Of a stretch of DNA of 49,882 bases, positions 1-8,940 are shown piece by piece. Position numbers and translations under genes: made by a program. Within the stretch, counting starts at the first letter, position 1, and every line of letters starts with the position of its first letter. The stretch is from a virus, in IMG/VR virus record IMGVR_UViG_3300018481_000009, positions 1 through 49,882 of that record. The stretch is one strand, 5' to 3'. The notes under the pieces were generated by a model, which was given only the letters and a program-made list of their open reading frames with translations, was not told the DNA's origin and ran no database searches.

Positions 1-123
1 GAGATTCGCCAGGCCGGCCATGAAATCACGTACGACTGGACAGTGGATGTCCTCAAGTTCGGGGCCGGTGACCCCAAGGAAGTGCCAGAAGACGTCATGA
101 GGAAGGCCGCAGAGAACGACAGA
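1..123. repeat. terminal direct repeat, identical to 49760-49882 (circular or terminally redundant genome, unit length 49759 bp)
   Basis: both ends compared base by base; an ORF runs across the junction. Confidence 0.9.
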
Positions 124-369
124 CGAGGCGTACGGGAGTGCCACCTCTTCATCCTCCTGTGGTCCCCGATGGCATACGGCGCGCTCATGGAGCTGGGGAT
201 GGCCATGGAGCGGAGGAAGCGTATCTGGATCATCGGTGAGTCCGAGCCAGGTCCGGGGTCCGTTCGGTTCTCGGTGTTCTGGCTCCTGCCCGACATCCAG
301 TTCGAGATCAAGTACGGGTGGGAAGCCATCCAGGAGTTGGAACACGGGGATGCCTTCCACGCCATCTAA
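1..369 (+). CDS. 3' part of wrap-around gene: nucleoside 2-deoxyribosyltransferase-like protein
   Basis: frame 1 is open from base 1; a GALMELGMAMERRKRIW motif resembles the catalytic Glu region of NDT/DNPH1-like proteins. Confidence 0.6.
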   Translation, partial: EIRQAGHEITYDWTVDVLKFGAGDPKEVPEDVMRKAAENDRRGVRECHLFILLWSPMAYGALMELGMAMERRKRIWIIGESEPGPGSVRFSVFWLLPDIQFEIKYGWEAIQELEHGDAFHAI

Positions 370-1807
370 GCTGGTCTTCAAGACCAAGCCTCGACCGTAC
401 CAGGTCCCCGCCCTCAAGAAGATGGTCAAGAACGGGGGTGGGGGTCTGTACGTCCCCATGCGGTGGGGGAAGTCGTGGATCGCTATCAACTGGGCAGCCG
501 CGATGGCCTTGAAGAACTTCCCCAACCAAATAACGCGCATCCTAATCGTGTGTCCTAACGACGTCAAGGCGGAGTGGGAGGAACAGCTCGAGTGGCACTG
601 CCCACTGCCTTATCGTCTGCTCGCGCAGCCAACAACAGCCCTGGTGAAGAACCCCAAGCAGAAGACCGAGCTGCACTTCCACATCCGGAACTACGAGGCC
701 ATGTACGCTCGGGAGCGGGACCTGCTAGACTTCGAGGCCAGCGAGACCAACCGATCCTGGACCGCGGTGACAGATAAGGCACTCCTGGTCTGGCAACCAC
801 ACCTGATGGTCGTGGATGAAGTCCACCACATAGGCAAGCCTACCACTAAACAGTCGGCTAAGGTCTGCCAAGTGGCTCGTACTTCCCACCACAGGTTGAT
901 GTTGACAGGAGCGCCCTTCCACCGCAAACCGTTCTTCATCTTTGGTCAGTTCAAATACTACGACCCGGGCATCTTCGGGGGCAACTGGGGCACGTTCAAA
1001 AGACACATCGCCGTGTTCGGTGGCTACGGTGGTTATGAAGTGAAGAAGTACCGCAACCTCGGTTGGGTCCGCAAGAAGGTTCGACCTCATGTGTGGATCT
1101 CACGCAAGGTGCCACTAGCTCCACCAGTCAGACGACGTATCCTGTTCTCATTGGAAGAGTCCAAGTACATCTACCAGGAGATGGAGAATGAGAGTGTCGT
1201 ACAACTGCGTGATACTTTTGCCGTGGCGGATATCGTCCTTACACGGCACCTTCGTCTCCAACAGATCGCGGGGGGGTGGGTCCGTACTCAAGATGGAAAG
1301 TTGGTCAGAGTTGGTCAGGAAAAGCGAAAGGCATTTGCTCGGCGGGTCGATGAGTACCGAGAGCAAGAAATTGCTCGATTCGTCGTCGGGGCACGTTTTC
1401 TCAAGGAAATGGTCGACATCTATGAAGTGGTCAAGGCCGCGGGGTACAAGCCCCTCATTGTCCATGGTGGTGTCACTCCAAAGAGGCGCAAGGAAAAGCG
1501 GAACTACTTCGCCAAGCACGAGAACACCGTTTTCATCTCGCAATTTCGGGCCAGCCGCGAGGGGATCGACCTCTCGGTAGCAGACACGATGGTGTTCTAC
1601 TCGCTGCCCGAAGATTATCTCACCTACGATCAGTTCGCCCACAGGATCGACAGGTTTGAAGATAAGCGCACGTTACTCTACGAGCACATGATAGCGAAGG
1701 GAACGCGCGATGAGGTAACGTTCGAGGCCTTGCAACGTCAACAGGACGTGGCTGCCTTCCTCATGACTCACCCAAAGTACGTAGAAGCCATCACGAGTAA
1801 TCTGTGA
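350..1807 (+). CDS. SNF2/DEAD-like helicase
   Basis: RWGKS Walker A-like motif, DEVH box and C-terminal QFAHRIDR motif VI; ATG at 350 follows GGGGA; the ORF-track start at 236 overlaps the upstream gene. Confidence 0.8.
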   Translation: MPSTPSKLVFKTKPRPYQVPALKKMVKNGGGGLYVPMRWGKSWIAINWAAAMALKNFPNQITRILIVCPNDVKAEWEEQLEWHCPLPYRLLAQPTTALVKNPKQKTELHFHIRNYEAMYARERDLLDFEASETNRSWTAVTDKALLVWQPHLMVVDEVHHIGKPTTKQSAKVCQVARTSHHRLMLTGAPFHRKPFFIFGQFKYYDPGIFGGNWGTFKRHIAVFGGYGGYEVKKYRNLGWVRKKVRPHVWISRKVPLAPPVRRRILFSLEESKYIYQEMENESVVQLRDTFAVADIVLTRHLRLQQIAGGWVRTQDGKLVRVGQEKRKAFARRVDEYREQEIARFVVGARFLKEMVDIYEVVKAAGYKPLIVHGGVTPKRRKEKRNYFAKHENTVFISQFRASREGIDLSVADTMVFYSLPEDYLTYDQFAHRIDRFEDKRTLLYEHMIAKGTRDEVTFEALQRQQDVAAFLMTHPKYVEAITSNL

Positions 1808-1855
1808 TATACTGTAATAGAGCCGAATTGTCCCTGCAACAGGAGGTTTGTGAGA

Positions 1856-2407
1856 GTGATTATTGTCGAGGGGCCAGACGGAGCGGGCAAGACAACCCTG
1901 GTCCAAAAGCTGGTGGAGGAGCACCCGGAGCTGGAAGTCGGAGTACGCGGCACGGACAACCGGGACTACCTGTGGAAGGTCACCGTCCCAGACACCATGA
2001 AGGCGCTCGCGGACTTCGCCATGTCACGGAGCAAGGTCAAAATCTGGGACCGGCTGTTCTACTCCGAGCTGGTCTACGCACCGCTGGGGATGCCGCCCAG
2101 GGAAATCGAGTTCAACGATCACCAGTCAGAACACATCCAGGGGATCATCAACGCGGCCGACTTCCCGGTCATCCTCTGCATGCCGCCTTGGACAGCGGTG
2201 GAAGAGAACATCATGAAGGAACACCAGATGTCCGGCGTCAAGGAGAACGCCAAGGCCATCTACGACCTGTACCGAGCACTCTTCGAGGACGGAATCCTTC
2301 CCGAGCGGACGGTGCTGTACGACTACACCCGAGGGATGGACGAGTACGAGGACATCGCAGGCGAGGTCGAGGACTACATCATCCACAAGAAGGCACGGTC
2401 ATGGTGA
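1856..2407 (+). CDS. thymidylate (dNMP) kinase-like P-loop kinase
   Basis: IIVEGPDGAGKTTL P-loop and a DRLFYSELVYAP motif as in Tmk; GTG 1856 lies 9 nt after AGGAGG, whereas GTG 1850 is too close to it. Confidence 0.7.
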   Translation: MIIVEGPDGAGKTTLVQKLVEEHPELEVGVRGTDNRDYLWKVTVPDTMKALADFAMSRSKVKIWDRLFYSELVYAPLGMPPREIEFNDHQSEHIQGIINAADFPVILCMPPWTAVEENIMKEHQMSGVKENAKAIYDLYRALFEDGILPERTVLYDYTRGMDEYEDIAGEVEDYIIHKKARSW

Positions 2408-2946
2408 ATATGGAGGAGCTGGAACGCATTGCCGGCGAGACCAAGAAGTGGAGGGACATCAACTTCCCGGGCTTCCTGCCGGGGGACCAGCTGCTTGGCG
2501 TGATCGAGGAACAAGGTGAACTCTCACACGCCTATCTCAAGGCCAAGCAGGGCATCCGAGGAACTCAGGAGGAACACGACGCCGCGGGTAGGGATGCTGT
2601 TGGGGACTGCATCATCTACCTGCTGGGCTACATGGACAACATGAGGCTCACTCCAACTCAAGTCCTCGGGCGATCACTTCCCGACCGACGAGTGGACAAC
2701 GCGGACAACGCCATCTTTGACCTTGCCAACCGTGTCGGTCGGCTAGCGAGATGGGAAGTGGACTCCTCACACTCCGACAACCGCTGGCGCGAGGTGAAAG
2801 GACGAGTCTGTGGGGAGATACTTCGCTCGCTCGAGGCGTACTGCCTCCACAGAGGTTGGGACGTCGTCGAGTGCACCCAGGACGCCTGGGACGAGGTCAA
2901 AGAGCGGGACTGGCTCAAGAACCGCCACGACGGGATGGCCAAGTGA
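2401..2946 (+). CDS. MazG-like nucleoside triphosphate pyrophosphohydrolase
   Basis: EEQGELSHAY...AVGDCIIYLLGY MazG-type helix motifs; ATGGTGA overlap with the kinase stop. Confidence 0.7.
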   Translation: MVNMEELERIAGETKKWRDINFPGFLPGDQLLGVIEEQGELSHAYLKAKQGIRGTQEEHDAAGRDAVGDCIIYLLGYMDNMRLTPTQVLGRSLPDRRVDNADNAIFDLANRVGRLARWEVDSSHSDNRWREVKGRVCGEILRSLEAYCLHRGWDVVECTQDAWDEVKERDWLKNRHDGMAK

Positions 2947-3773
2947 TCCGCGAAGCGGACACCCTCACGGAACTCTGGCACTCAGCTTGCGACGGCCTGC
3001 TGTTCTGTAAGGCCGAGGACCTGGGGTACCAGTCAGGAGCTACCACCGGCGTGTTCGACTGCATGCTGTCCACCCCGTCCATGGAGTTCGACTTCGACGT
3101 GGGAGCCGACCTCTGGCTCACGAAGCACAGGTTCGCCAAGCTGCAGAAGGACTACCTCGACCACGACCTCACTCGAGCCTTTGTCCACAAGGCAGCTTCC
3201 ATGACGCAGAACCTCGCCAAGAGGGGAACCGTCACCCAGATGAACACCCGGGTACACGGGGTCCAGGTCAACCAAGGCGGACGAAAGAAGGACAACTACA
3301 AGTGGGGGAACTGCATATTTGGTTATTCCTTCCGCCCAGCGCTCAAGGAACGGGCGGTGTTCTCCATGCATTCGAGGACGAGCTACATCTCGTATATGGG
3401 CGGCATGGATTTGGCCCTGGCCTACACCTTAGCGAAATCTATCGCCCAGCTGAGGGGCGACGACGTGAGGGAGTACGGCTTTCGATGGATGGCGGACTCA
3501 CTCCAGTGGTATTCGATCAAGTCCATGGCATACATACACACCTACGACCTCGTGGACGAGATCCTCGACACAAAAAAGTGGCCGGATAAGAAGTACCCGA
3601 CCGTCAAGATCACGAGGAACAGCTACGACTTCCTCCACAGGAGGTTGGAGGCCGACAACCCACCGAAGTACGGACCAACGCTAAGGATGTGGAGCTTGAT
3701 GTTCGAGACGGGCAACACCCGACGACCGGTGTCCCTCCCTGTGGATGACCTCCGGTTGGCGGTGGAACTGTGA
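2943..3773 (+). CDS. divergent thymidylate-synthase-fold protein (paralog 1)
   Basis: GNCIFGYSF...SRTSY...MGGMDLALAY aligns by eye to ThyA PCHAFFQF...RSCD...PFNIASY; GTGA overlap with the MazG stop. Confidence 0.45.
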   Translation: MIREADTLTELWHSACDGLLFCKAEDLGYQSGATTGVFDCMLSTPSMEFDFDVGADLWLTKHRFAKLQKDYLDHDLTRAFVHKAASMTQNLAKRGTVTQMNTRVHGVQVNQGGRKKDNYKWGNCIFGYSFRPALKERAVFSMHSRTSYISYMGGMDLALAYTLAKSIAQLRGDDVREYGFRWMADSLQWYSIKSMAYIHTYDLVDEILDTKKWPDKKYPTVKITRNSYDFLHRRLEADNPPKYGPTLRMWSLMFETGNTRRPVSLPVDDLRLAVEL

Positions 3774-4594
3774 TTTCCTTCAGCACCAACGACTACGCTG
3801 GCTTCGCGGATATGTACGCGAACATGGCCAGCTACTTCCTCAACCCGGCGTATTACCAGGAGGTGGACACGGGACACTGGCAGGCTCTCAAGGGCACACC
3901 TCACTCTCACACCCGGGAGATGCGCCACGTTCACCTCCAGAGTCCCATCTTTCCCACGATCGGGTCCTTGGCGTCCTGGTTCCAGCCGAATCTCCCGTGG
4001 GCAGAGGACCACTTCCTCGAGCGAGTGGGATACGAGCCACTCAACCCGGGAGAGCAGTACAAGAACTGGCCATGGTACAGAGGCGGGGTCGAGGATCACA
4101 AAGAGACGGGCCAGTTCTCGCACACCTACATGGAACGCTTCTGGCCTCGAACAGCGGGGGAGCCTGGGTCGTTCCCTATTCAGGGCCACAGGGGAATCCG
4201 GTACCGCTACGGTGATCTCAAAGACGTGCTCGATCTGCTGGCGCGGGAACCAATGACACGACAAGCCTACCTGCCCATCTGGTTCCCCGAGGACACGGGA
4301 GCCCACCACGAACAACGAGTTCCGTGCACGCTGGGCTACCACTTCATGGTCAGGAACGACCGGATGCACTGCTTCTACCCGATGCGCTCGGTGGATTTCG
4401 TCAGGTACCTCAAGGACGACCTGTACATGGCGGCCAGACTCGTCCTCCACGTCATCGGGATGCTGCAGAACCGGAACAACGGCTATTGGGATGTGGTGGC
4501 TCCGGGAACGCTCGAGTTCTTCGCCAGCTCGTTGCACATCTTCGACGGGGACGTCAAGAAGTTGAGGAGTGAATATGGCGACAAGACCTTCTAG
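3770..4594 (+). CDS. thymidylate synthase / dNMP hydroxymethylase-family protein (paralog 2)
   Basis: RQAYLPIWFPED, VPCTLGYHF (catalytic Cys), MRSVDF (RSxD) and SSLHIF motifs are colinear with ThyA; GTGA overlap. Confidence 0.65.
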   Translation: MISFSTNDYAGFADMYANMASYFLNPAYYQEVDTGHWQALKGTPHSHTREMRHVHLQSPIFPTIGSLASWFQPNLPWAEDHFLERVGYEPLNPGEQYKNWPWYRGGVEDHKETGQFSHTYMERFWPRTAGEPGSFPIQGHRGIRYRYGDLKDVLDLLAREPMTRQAYLPIWFPEDTGAHHEQRVPCTLGYHFMVRNDRMHCFYPMRSVDFVRYLKDDLYMAARLVLHVIGMLQNRNNGYWDVVAPGTLEFFASSLHIFDGDVKKLRSEYGDKTF

Positions 4595-5045
4595 AGACCA
4601 AACATTCATGGAGGTGGCACGTGTCTTCGCAAGACGATCGACTTGTAGGAGAGGCCAGGTGGGCGCTGTCCTGGTCCGAGATCGAAGAATCATCGCGACG
4701 GGCTACAACGGTGCTCCATCAGGGGCTCGGAATTGCCTCGAACTGGGTTGCCTGGTGCCTGAGGACAATCCGGACCTTGGATGCCAACGATCCATCCACG
4801 CTGAGGCTAACGTTATCGCTTACACGGCGAGGAGCCAAGGCGGAGCTGAGGGCACGACTCTATACAGTACCGCCAGTCCCTGCCTCAAGTGCGCCCAGCT
4901 CATCGCAGCGGCCGGCATCGAGAAAGTCATCTACGAAAACCCGTACCGGATCGCAGACGGACTAGAGCTGCTGGACTCTCTGTTCATTCCGTGTATCCAG
5001 TTCGCCTGGACCCCGATGGAGTCGGATAAGAACGACCGTGCCTGA
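4575..5045 (+). CDS. dCMP deaminase
   Basis: HAE...PCLKCA zinc motifs and ATGYNGAP; ATG 4575 lies 5 nt after GAGGAG. Confidence 0.85.
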   Translation: MATRPSRDQTFMEVARVFARRSTCRRGQVGAVLVRDRRIIATGYNGAPSGARNCLELGCLVPEDNPDLGCQRSIHAEANVIAYTARSQGGAEGTTLYSTASPCLKCAQLIAAAGIEKVIYENPYRIADGLELLDSLFIPCIQFAWTPMESDKNDRA

Positions 5046-7473
5046 CTTCCGGGATAAGATTCGCAACCCCGACTGCACGTTGTGTCCTCTCAACGAGTCG
5101 GCAGAACACGTGTGTCTGATGGGTAGCGGACCCCGGAAGGCGCGGGTCATGGTGATAGGGGAGGCGCCCGGGGCCAGGGAGGACGATTCTCATAAGGCGT
5201 TTGTGGGACGTTCTGGCAAGCTCCTGGACTCCGTGTTGTCGCAGGTAGGACTTCCCCGGGATGAGGTCTACGTGACCAACGTGGCTAAATGCCGGCCTCC
5301 AGAGAACCGGACTCCCAAACGCGGTGAAATCAAGACCTGTGTGGAGGAGTACCTCATCCCCGAGTTCGAGGCCGTCAAGCCCGAGTTCGTGCTCCTCCTC
5401 GGCAATGCTCCACTGATCGGAGTCATCGGCAAGAGTGGCATCACCAAACACAACGGGACGGTCTGGAAAGTCGAGGTGGCTGATGGGCATTGGGCCAGGG
5501 TCTTTGCAACGGTTCACCCTGCAGCTGTACTTCGCAACCCGCGCTTTACGCAGGTTTTCGCAGCTGATATCACGCGTTTCGGAAACCTGGTCAACAATCG
5601 GGACGTCACCCCCAAGACCGACGTGCGACTCGTTACGAAAAAGCGGCATATGCTATGGCTATATGACCAACTCATGGAAGCCACCGAGATTAGCTGGGAC
5701 GTTGAAACGGATACCGAACAGAAGCCGGGGTTTGTACGGACCGCAGGTCAGGATTGGCACGGTGATGAATCATGGATCTGTTCCATCGCCTTCTCATGGG
5801 ATGAAGGTGCATCCGCCGCGGTACCGCTCATGCACCCCGAAACTCCGTGGGCCAACCCGAAGGCGGTCCTAGAAGCACTCAGAAGGCCACTGACCCGAGG
5901 ACGAGAGGTCAAGTACATCGCGCACAACGGGAAGTTCGACGCGAAGTGGCTCCACTCCAAAGGCATCCCAATCCGTCAAGACTTCGACACAATGCTCGCG
6001 GCTCACATGGTCGATGAGAACCAGTTCAAGGGGCTCAAGCCGCTGAGCAAGGTCGAGCTAGGAGCAGCTGCTTACGGAGTGGGTGAGGACATCAAGCATC
6101 CCTCCAAGGCTCCGATACGCAAGCTCTGTATCTACAACGGCAAGGACACCGACTACACGCTCCGATTGTATCACGTGTTCCGCGAGCATTTGAAGCAGGA
6201 CCCGCGCAGCGCGATGGTATTCCTCAAGCTCATGATGCCAGCCTCTAATGCCCTTGTGGATATCGAGCGCACCGGGGTCTGGGTGGACCCAGAACGGTGG
6301 GAAGAACGGTACATCCAAGCACAGGAGAATCGCGACAAGGTCCACGACTACATCGATCAGTTCTGGACCGAGGACGCCAAGATCAATCTGAACAGTCCTC
6401 CACAGGTTGGGAGGCTCTTGTTCCGCGATCTGGAGCTACCGATTCTCATGAAGACCAAGACCGGGGCGGCTAGTACGGCTGAAGCGGTCCTCCTGAGGCT
6501 CGAGGATCAGCATAAGGTGGCCAGAGCCATCATGATCTACAGAAAGTGGGCGAAGTATGTCAACACGTATCTTGGTCCTTGGAAGTACGAATGGATGGAT
6601 AGTCGAGGCAGAATCCACTCCCAGTACAAGCTCTTTGGAACGGTTACTGGACGGCTATCTGGTGAGGGAGGAATTCAGCAGGTGCCTCGAGATCCTTTCA
6701 TCCGATCCGTTATTGGAGCGCCTCCTGGATGGAGCTTCGTTCAAGGTGACTTTTCACAGGTCGAGCTACGGGTCGCATTCTGGCAAGCCGACGAGAGGAA
6801 CGGACTCCGGCACTACATGAAGGGTGAGGACGTGCACATGATCCGTGCACTCCGTATGACAGGCAAGGTCGACCCGAAGAAGGTCACCAAGGAAGAACGC
6901 AAGCGGGCTAAGCCAGTCTCATTCGGTTACGTCTACGGGATGGGAGCGGCCAAGTTCGTCAGCTACGCCTTCGACAACTACGGGCTCAAAGTCACGGAGG
7001 ATGAGGCGCAACGTGATCGTAATCAATTCTTCAGTGATTACCCGGCTCTTCGTCCATGGCACGATCGTCAGCGTAAACTTGCCCGCCGATATGGACGGGT
7101 TGTATCGCCTATTGGTCGTGTACGACACCTACCTGATATCACGTCTGATGATGAGAAGGTACGTCAGGAGGCGGAGCGCCAGGCGATCAACTCGCCAATC
7201 CAATCTTTCGCCTCTGACGCCATGCTCATCGCTCTCATCCGACTGCAACGAATGCTTCCCCCTTCAGAAGCCAAGATCGTGGCAACTGTACACGACGCCA
7301 TCCTCTTCGAGGTCAGGGACGACAAGCTCGACAAGTGGCTTCCCGTGATCAAGGAAGTGATGGAAGATATGGACTACATCAAGCGACTGTTCGGAACGGA
7401 GGTCGGAGTGCCTATCGTAGCAGACATCGAGGTAGGGCGACATTGGGGTGAGGGCAAGCCATGGGCGGCGTGA
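5038..7473 (+). CDS. family-4 uracil-DNA glycosylase domain fused to a family A DNA polymerase (3'-5' exo + pol)
   Basis: N-terminal CTLC, GEAPG..E, FVGRSG and HPAAVLRN (UDG4 motifs); then DVETD (ExoI), DFSQVELRV (motif A), RKRAKPVSFGYVYG (motif B) and VHDAILFE (motif C). Confidence 0.85.
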   Translation: MPDFRDKIRNPDCTLCPLNESAEHVCLMGSGPRKARVMVIGEAPGAREDDSHKAFVGRSGKLLDSVLSQVGLPRDEVYVTNVAKCRPPENRTPKRGEIKTCVEEYLIPEFEAVKPEFVLLLGNAPLIGVIGKSGITKHNGTVWKVEVADGHWARVFATVHPAAVLRNPRFTQVFAADITRFGNLVNNRDVTPKTDVRLVTKKRHMLWLYDQLMEATEISWDVETDTEQKPGFVRTAGQDWHGDESWICSIAFSWDEGASAAVPLMHPETPWANPKAVLEALRRPLTRGREVKYIAHNGKFDAKWLHSKGIPIRQDFDTMLAAHMVDENQFKGLKPLSKVELGAAAYGVGEDIKHPSKAPIRKLCIYNGKDTDYTLRLYHVFREHLKQDPRSAMVFLKLMMPASNALVDIERTGVWVDPERWEERYIQAQENRDKVHDYIDQFWTEDAKINLNSPPQVGRLLFRDLELPILMKTKTGAASTAEAVLLRLEDQHKVARAIMIYRKWAKYVNTYLGPWKYEWMDSRGRIHSQYKLFGTVTGRLSGEGGIQQVPRDPFIRSVIGAPPGWSFVQGDFSQVELRVAFWQADERNGLRHYMKGEDVHMIRALRMTGKVDPKKVTKEERKRAKPVSFGYVYGMGAAKFVSYAFDNYGLKVTEDEAQRDRNQFFSDYPALRPWHDRQRKLARRYGRVVSPIGRVRHLPDITSDDEKVRQEAERQAINSPIQSFASDAMLIALIRLQRMLPPSEAKIVATVHDAILFEVRDDKLDKWLPVIKEVMEDMDYIKRLFGTEVGVPIVADIEVGRHWGEGKPWAA

Positions 7474-7688
7474 AGATCAACCGAGCCAAGCGGAAGCTGG
7501 TCCACGAGTTATGGCGAGCCTGCCTCCTGAACCCTGTGGTCCTGGCTCGGAGCGAGCTGGACTGGATCATGCGGGCACACAAGGAGGGCTTCACTCCGGG
7601 TGAGTTGCAGTTCCTGGAGGAACGCCATGACGAGCTGGTAAAGATGCATGAGGACCTGATCAAGGTCTACTACAGGCTCAAGAAATGA
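7461..7688 (+). CDS. hypothetical protein
   Basis: ORF overlaps the polymerase stop; GGTGAGGG lies upstream. Confidence 0.6.
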   Translation: MGGVKINRAKRKLVHELWRACLLNPVVLARSELDWIMRAHKEGFTPGELQFLEERHDELVKMHEDLIKVYYRLKK

Positions 7689-8680
7689 CCTCCACAGTAA
7701 TCGAGCGCCAGTACGGCAATTGGGAGCTGTTGTCGAACTCCCGAGTCAAGACCTGGCGGAGGTGTCCCAAGCAGTTCGAGTACAAGTACGTGCTCGGGCT
7801 CAAGCCTCGGAAGCTCTCCATCCATCTCGAGCGAGGCACGTGGCTTCACGACCTTCTGCAGCACCACTACGACGGCGAGAGCTGGTACGCCCGACACAAG
7901 CAGTTGACCAAGGAGTTCTATCTGCTGTTTGAGGAGGAACGCGAAGACCTTGGCGATCTGCCTACCGACGTGGAGCGGCTCTTCCGATCGTATCTGTACA
8001 ACTATCGCATCGAGGATCGGTCCTGGCGGGTCATCGACTCCGAGCTGGACGAGATAGTCACGCTGCCCAATGGCCTCCGATTCCGCATGATCGTCGACCT
8101 CGTGGTAGAGGAGCCAGACGGTGGCATCTGGATCGTAGATCACAAGTCGGTGGGACGGTTCCTGCCGCCAGACTTCCTGCTCTTGGACGCTCAGCTGGGG
8201 CGGTACTTCTGGGGCATGGAGTTGCTAGGCTACAAGCCGCTCCGAGGAGTCCTCTTCAACGAGATCATCACCAAGGCTCCGACCCTGCCGAAGTTCATCC
8301 ACAAGGGTACACAGCTGGAGAAGCGGAAGAACCTTCACTGTGACTTCTACACGTACTACAAGATGCTCCAAGACAACGACCTGGCCATCGGGCCTCACGT
8401 CCAGTTCCTCAGGCATCTCCGGAGGCAGAACGACCAGTGGTTCCGCCGGACTCCACTTGCCAAGGACGCCCCGCTCATGAAGCGGCTCATGAAGGAACTC
8501 GTCTGGTCGGCGAGAGAAATCAAGTCCGCTGAAGAGACGGACGCCTTCCCACGCACCGTCTCCAAGGATTGCCAGTGGGACTGCTCGTTCCTCGAGCCAT
8601 GCGCCATCCAGTTGATGGGTGGAGATGCATCCGCAAGCTTCAAGCTCCGCTACACCAACCGGGAGGACCGGGATGACTAA
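7685..8680 (+). CDS. PD-(D/E)XK Cas4/RecB-like exonuclease with C-terminal Cys cluster
   Basis: N-terminal CPKQFEYKY, IVDLVVEE...DHK nuclease core and C-terminal CQWDCSFLEPC; ATGA overlap. Confidence 0.75.
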   Translation: MTSTVIERQYGNWELLSNSRVKTWRRCPKQFEYKYVLGLKPRKLSIHLERGTWLHDLLQHHYDGESWYARHKQLTKEFYLLFEEEREDLGDLPTDVERLFRSYLYNYRIEDRSWRVIDSELDEIVTLPNGLRFRMIVDLVVEEPDGGIWIVDHKSVGRFLPPDFLLLDAQLGRYFWGMELLGYKPLRGVLFNEIITKAPTLPKFIHKGTQLEKRKNLHCDFYTYYKMLQDNDLAIGPHVQFLRHLRRQNDQWFRRTPLAKDAPLMKRLMKELVWSAREIKSAEETDAFPRTVSKDCQWDCSFLEPCAIQLMGGDASASFKLRYTNREDRDD

Positions 8681-8940
8681 TGAAACGCCGGAAGCTGTCA
8701 CCTCAGCAGAAGGCCAAGAAGAAGGCACACAACCAAAGGACCGACCGCGCGTGGAAGATATGGGCCAAGCGCCACGTCGTGGAGCAAGCATCGACCTCTC
8801 CAAGTGGTTCTCCGCCTGGAAAAGGGTCCGTCGCCCAGGGAGGAATGACACTGAAGGATGAAGACTGGACACCAACAATATACGGGGGGGTGAAACGTGG
8901 CAAGAAAGGTCAATACCAAGGCCCTGTCAACCAAGGGTGA
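8680..8940 (+). CDS. hypothetical basic protein (reading frame uncertain)
   Basis: TAATG overlap with the upstream stop; GC3 bias is good only for about the first 40 codons (see findings). Confidence 0.35.
   Translation: MKRRKLSPQQKAKKKAHNQRTDRAWKIWAKRHVVEQASTSPSGSPPGKGSVAQGGMTLKDEDWTPTIYGGVKRGKKGQYQGPVNQG

Noticed and set aside
236-349. Long N-terminal extension of the helicase ORF (start at 236)
   Set aside because: It overlaps the upstream gene by 134 nt in a Ser/Pro/Arg-rich frame. ATG 350, preceded by GGGGA, gives a compact 20-nt overlap.
3623-4693. 356-aa minus-strand ORF
   Set aside because: It is antisense to the ThyA-fold genes, which have recognisable motifs and translational coupling. 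It has no family resemblance.
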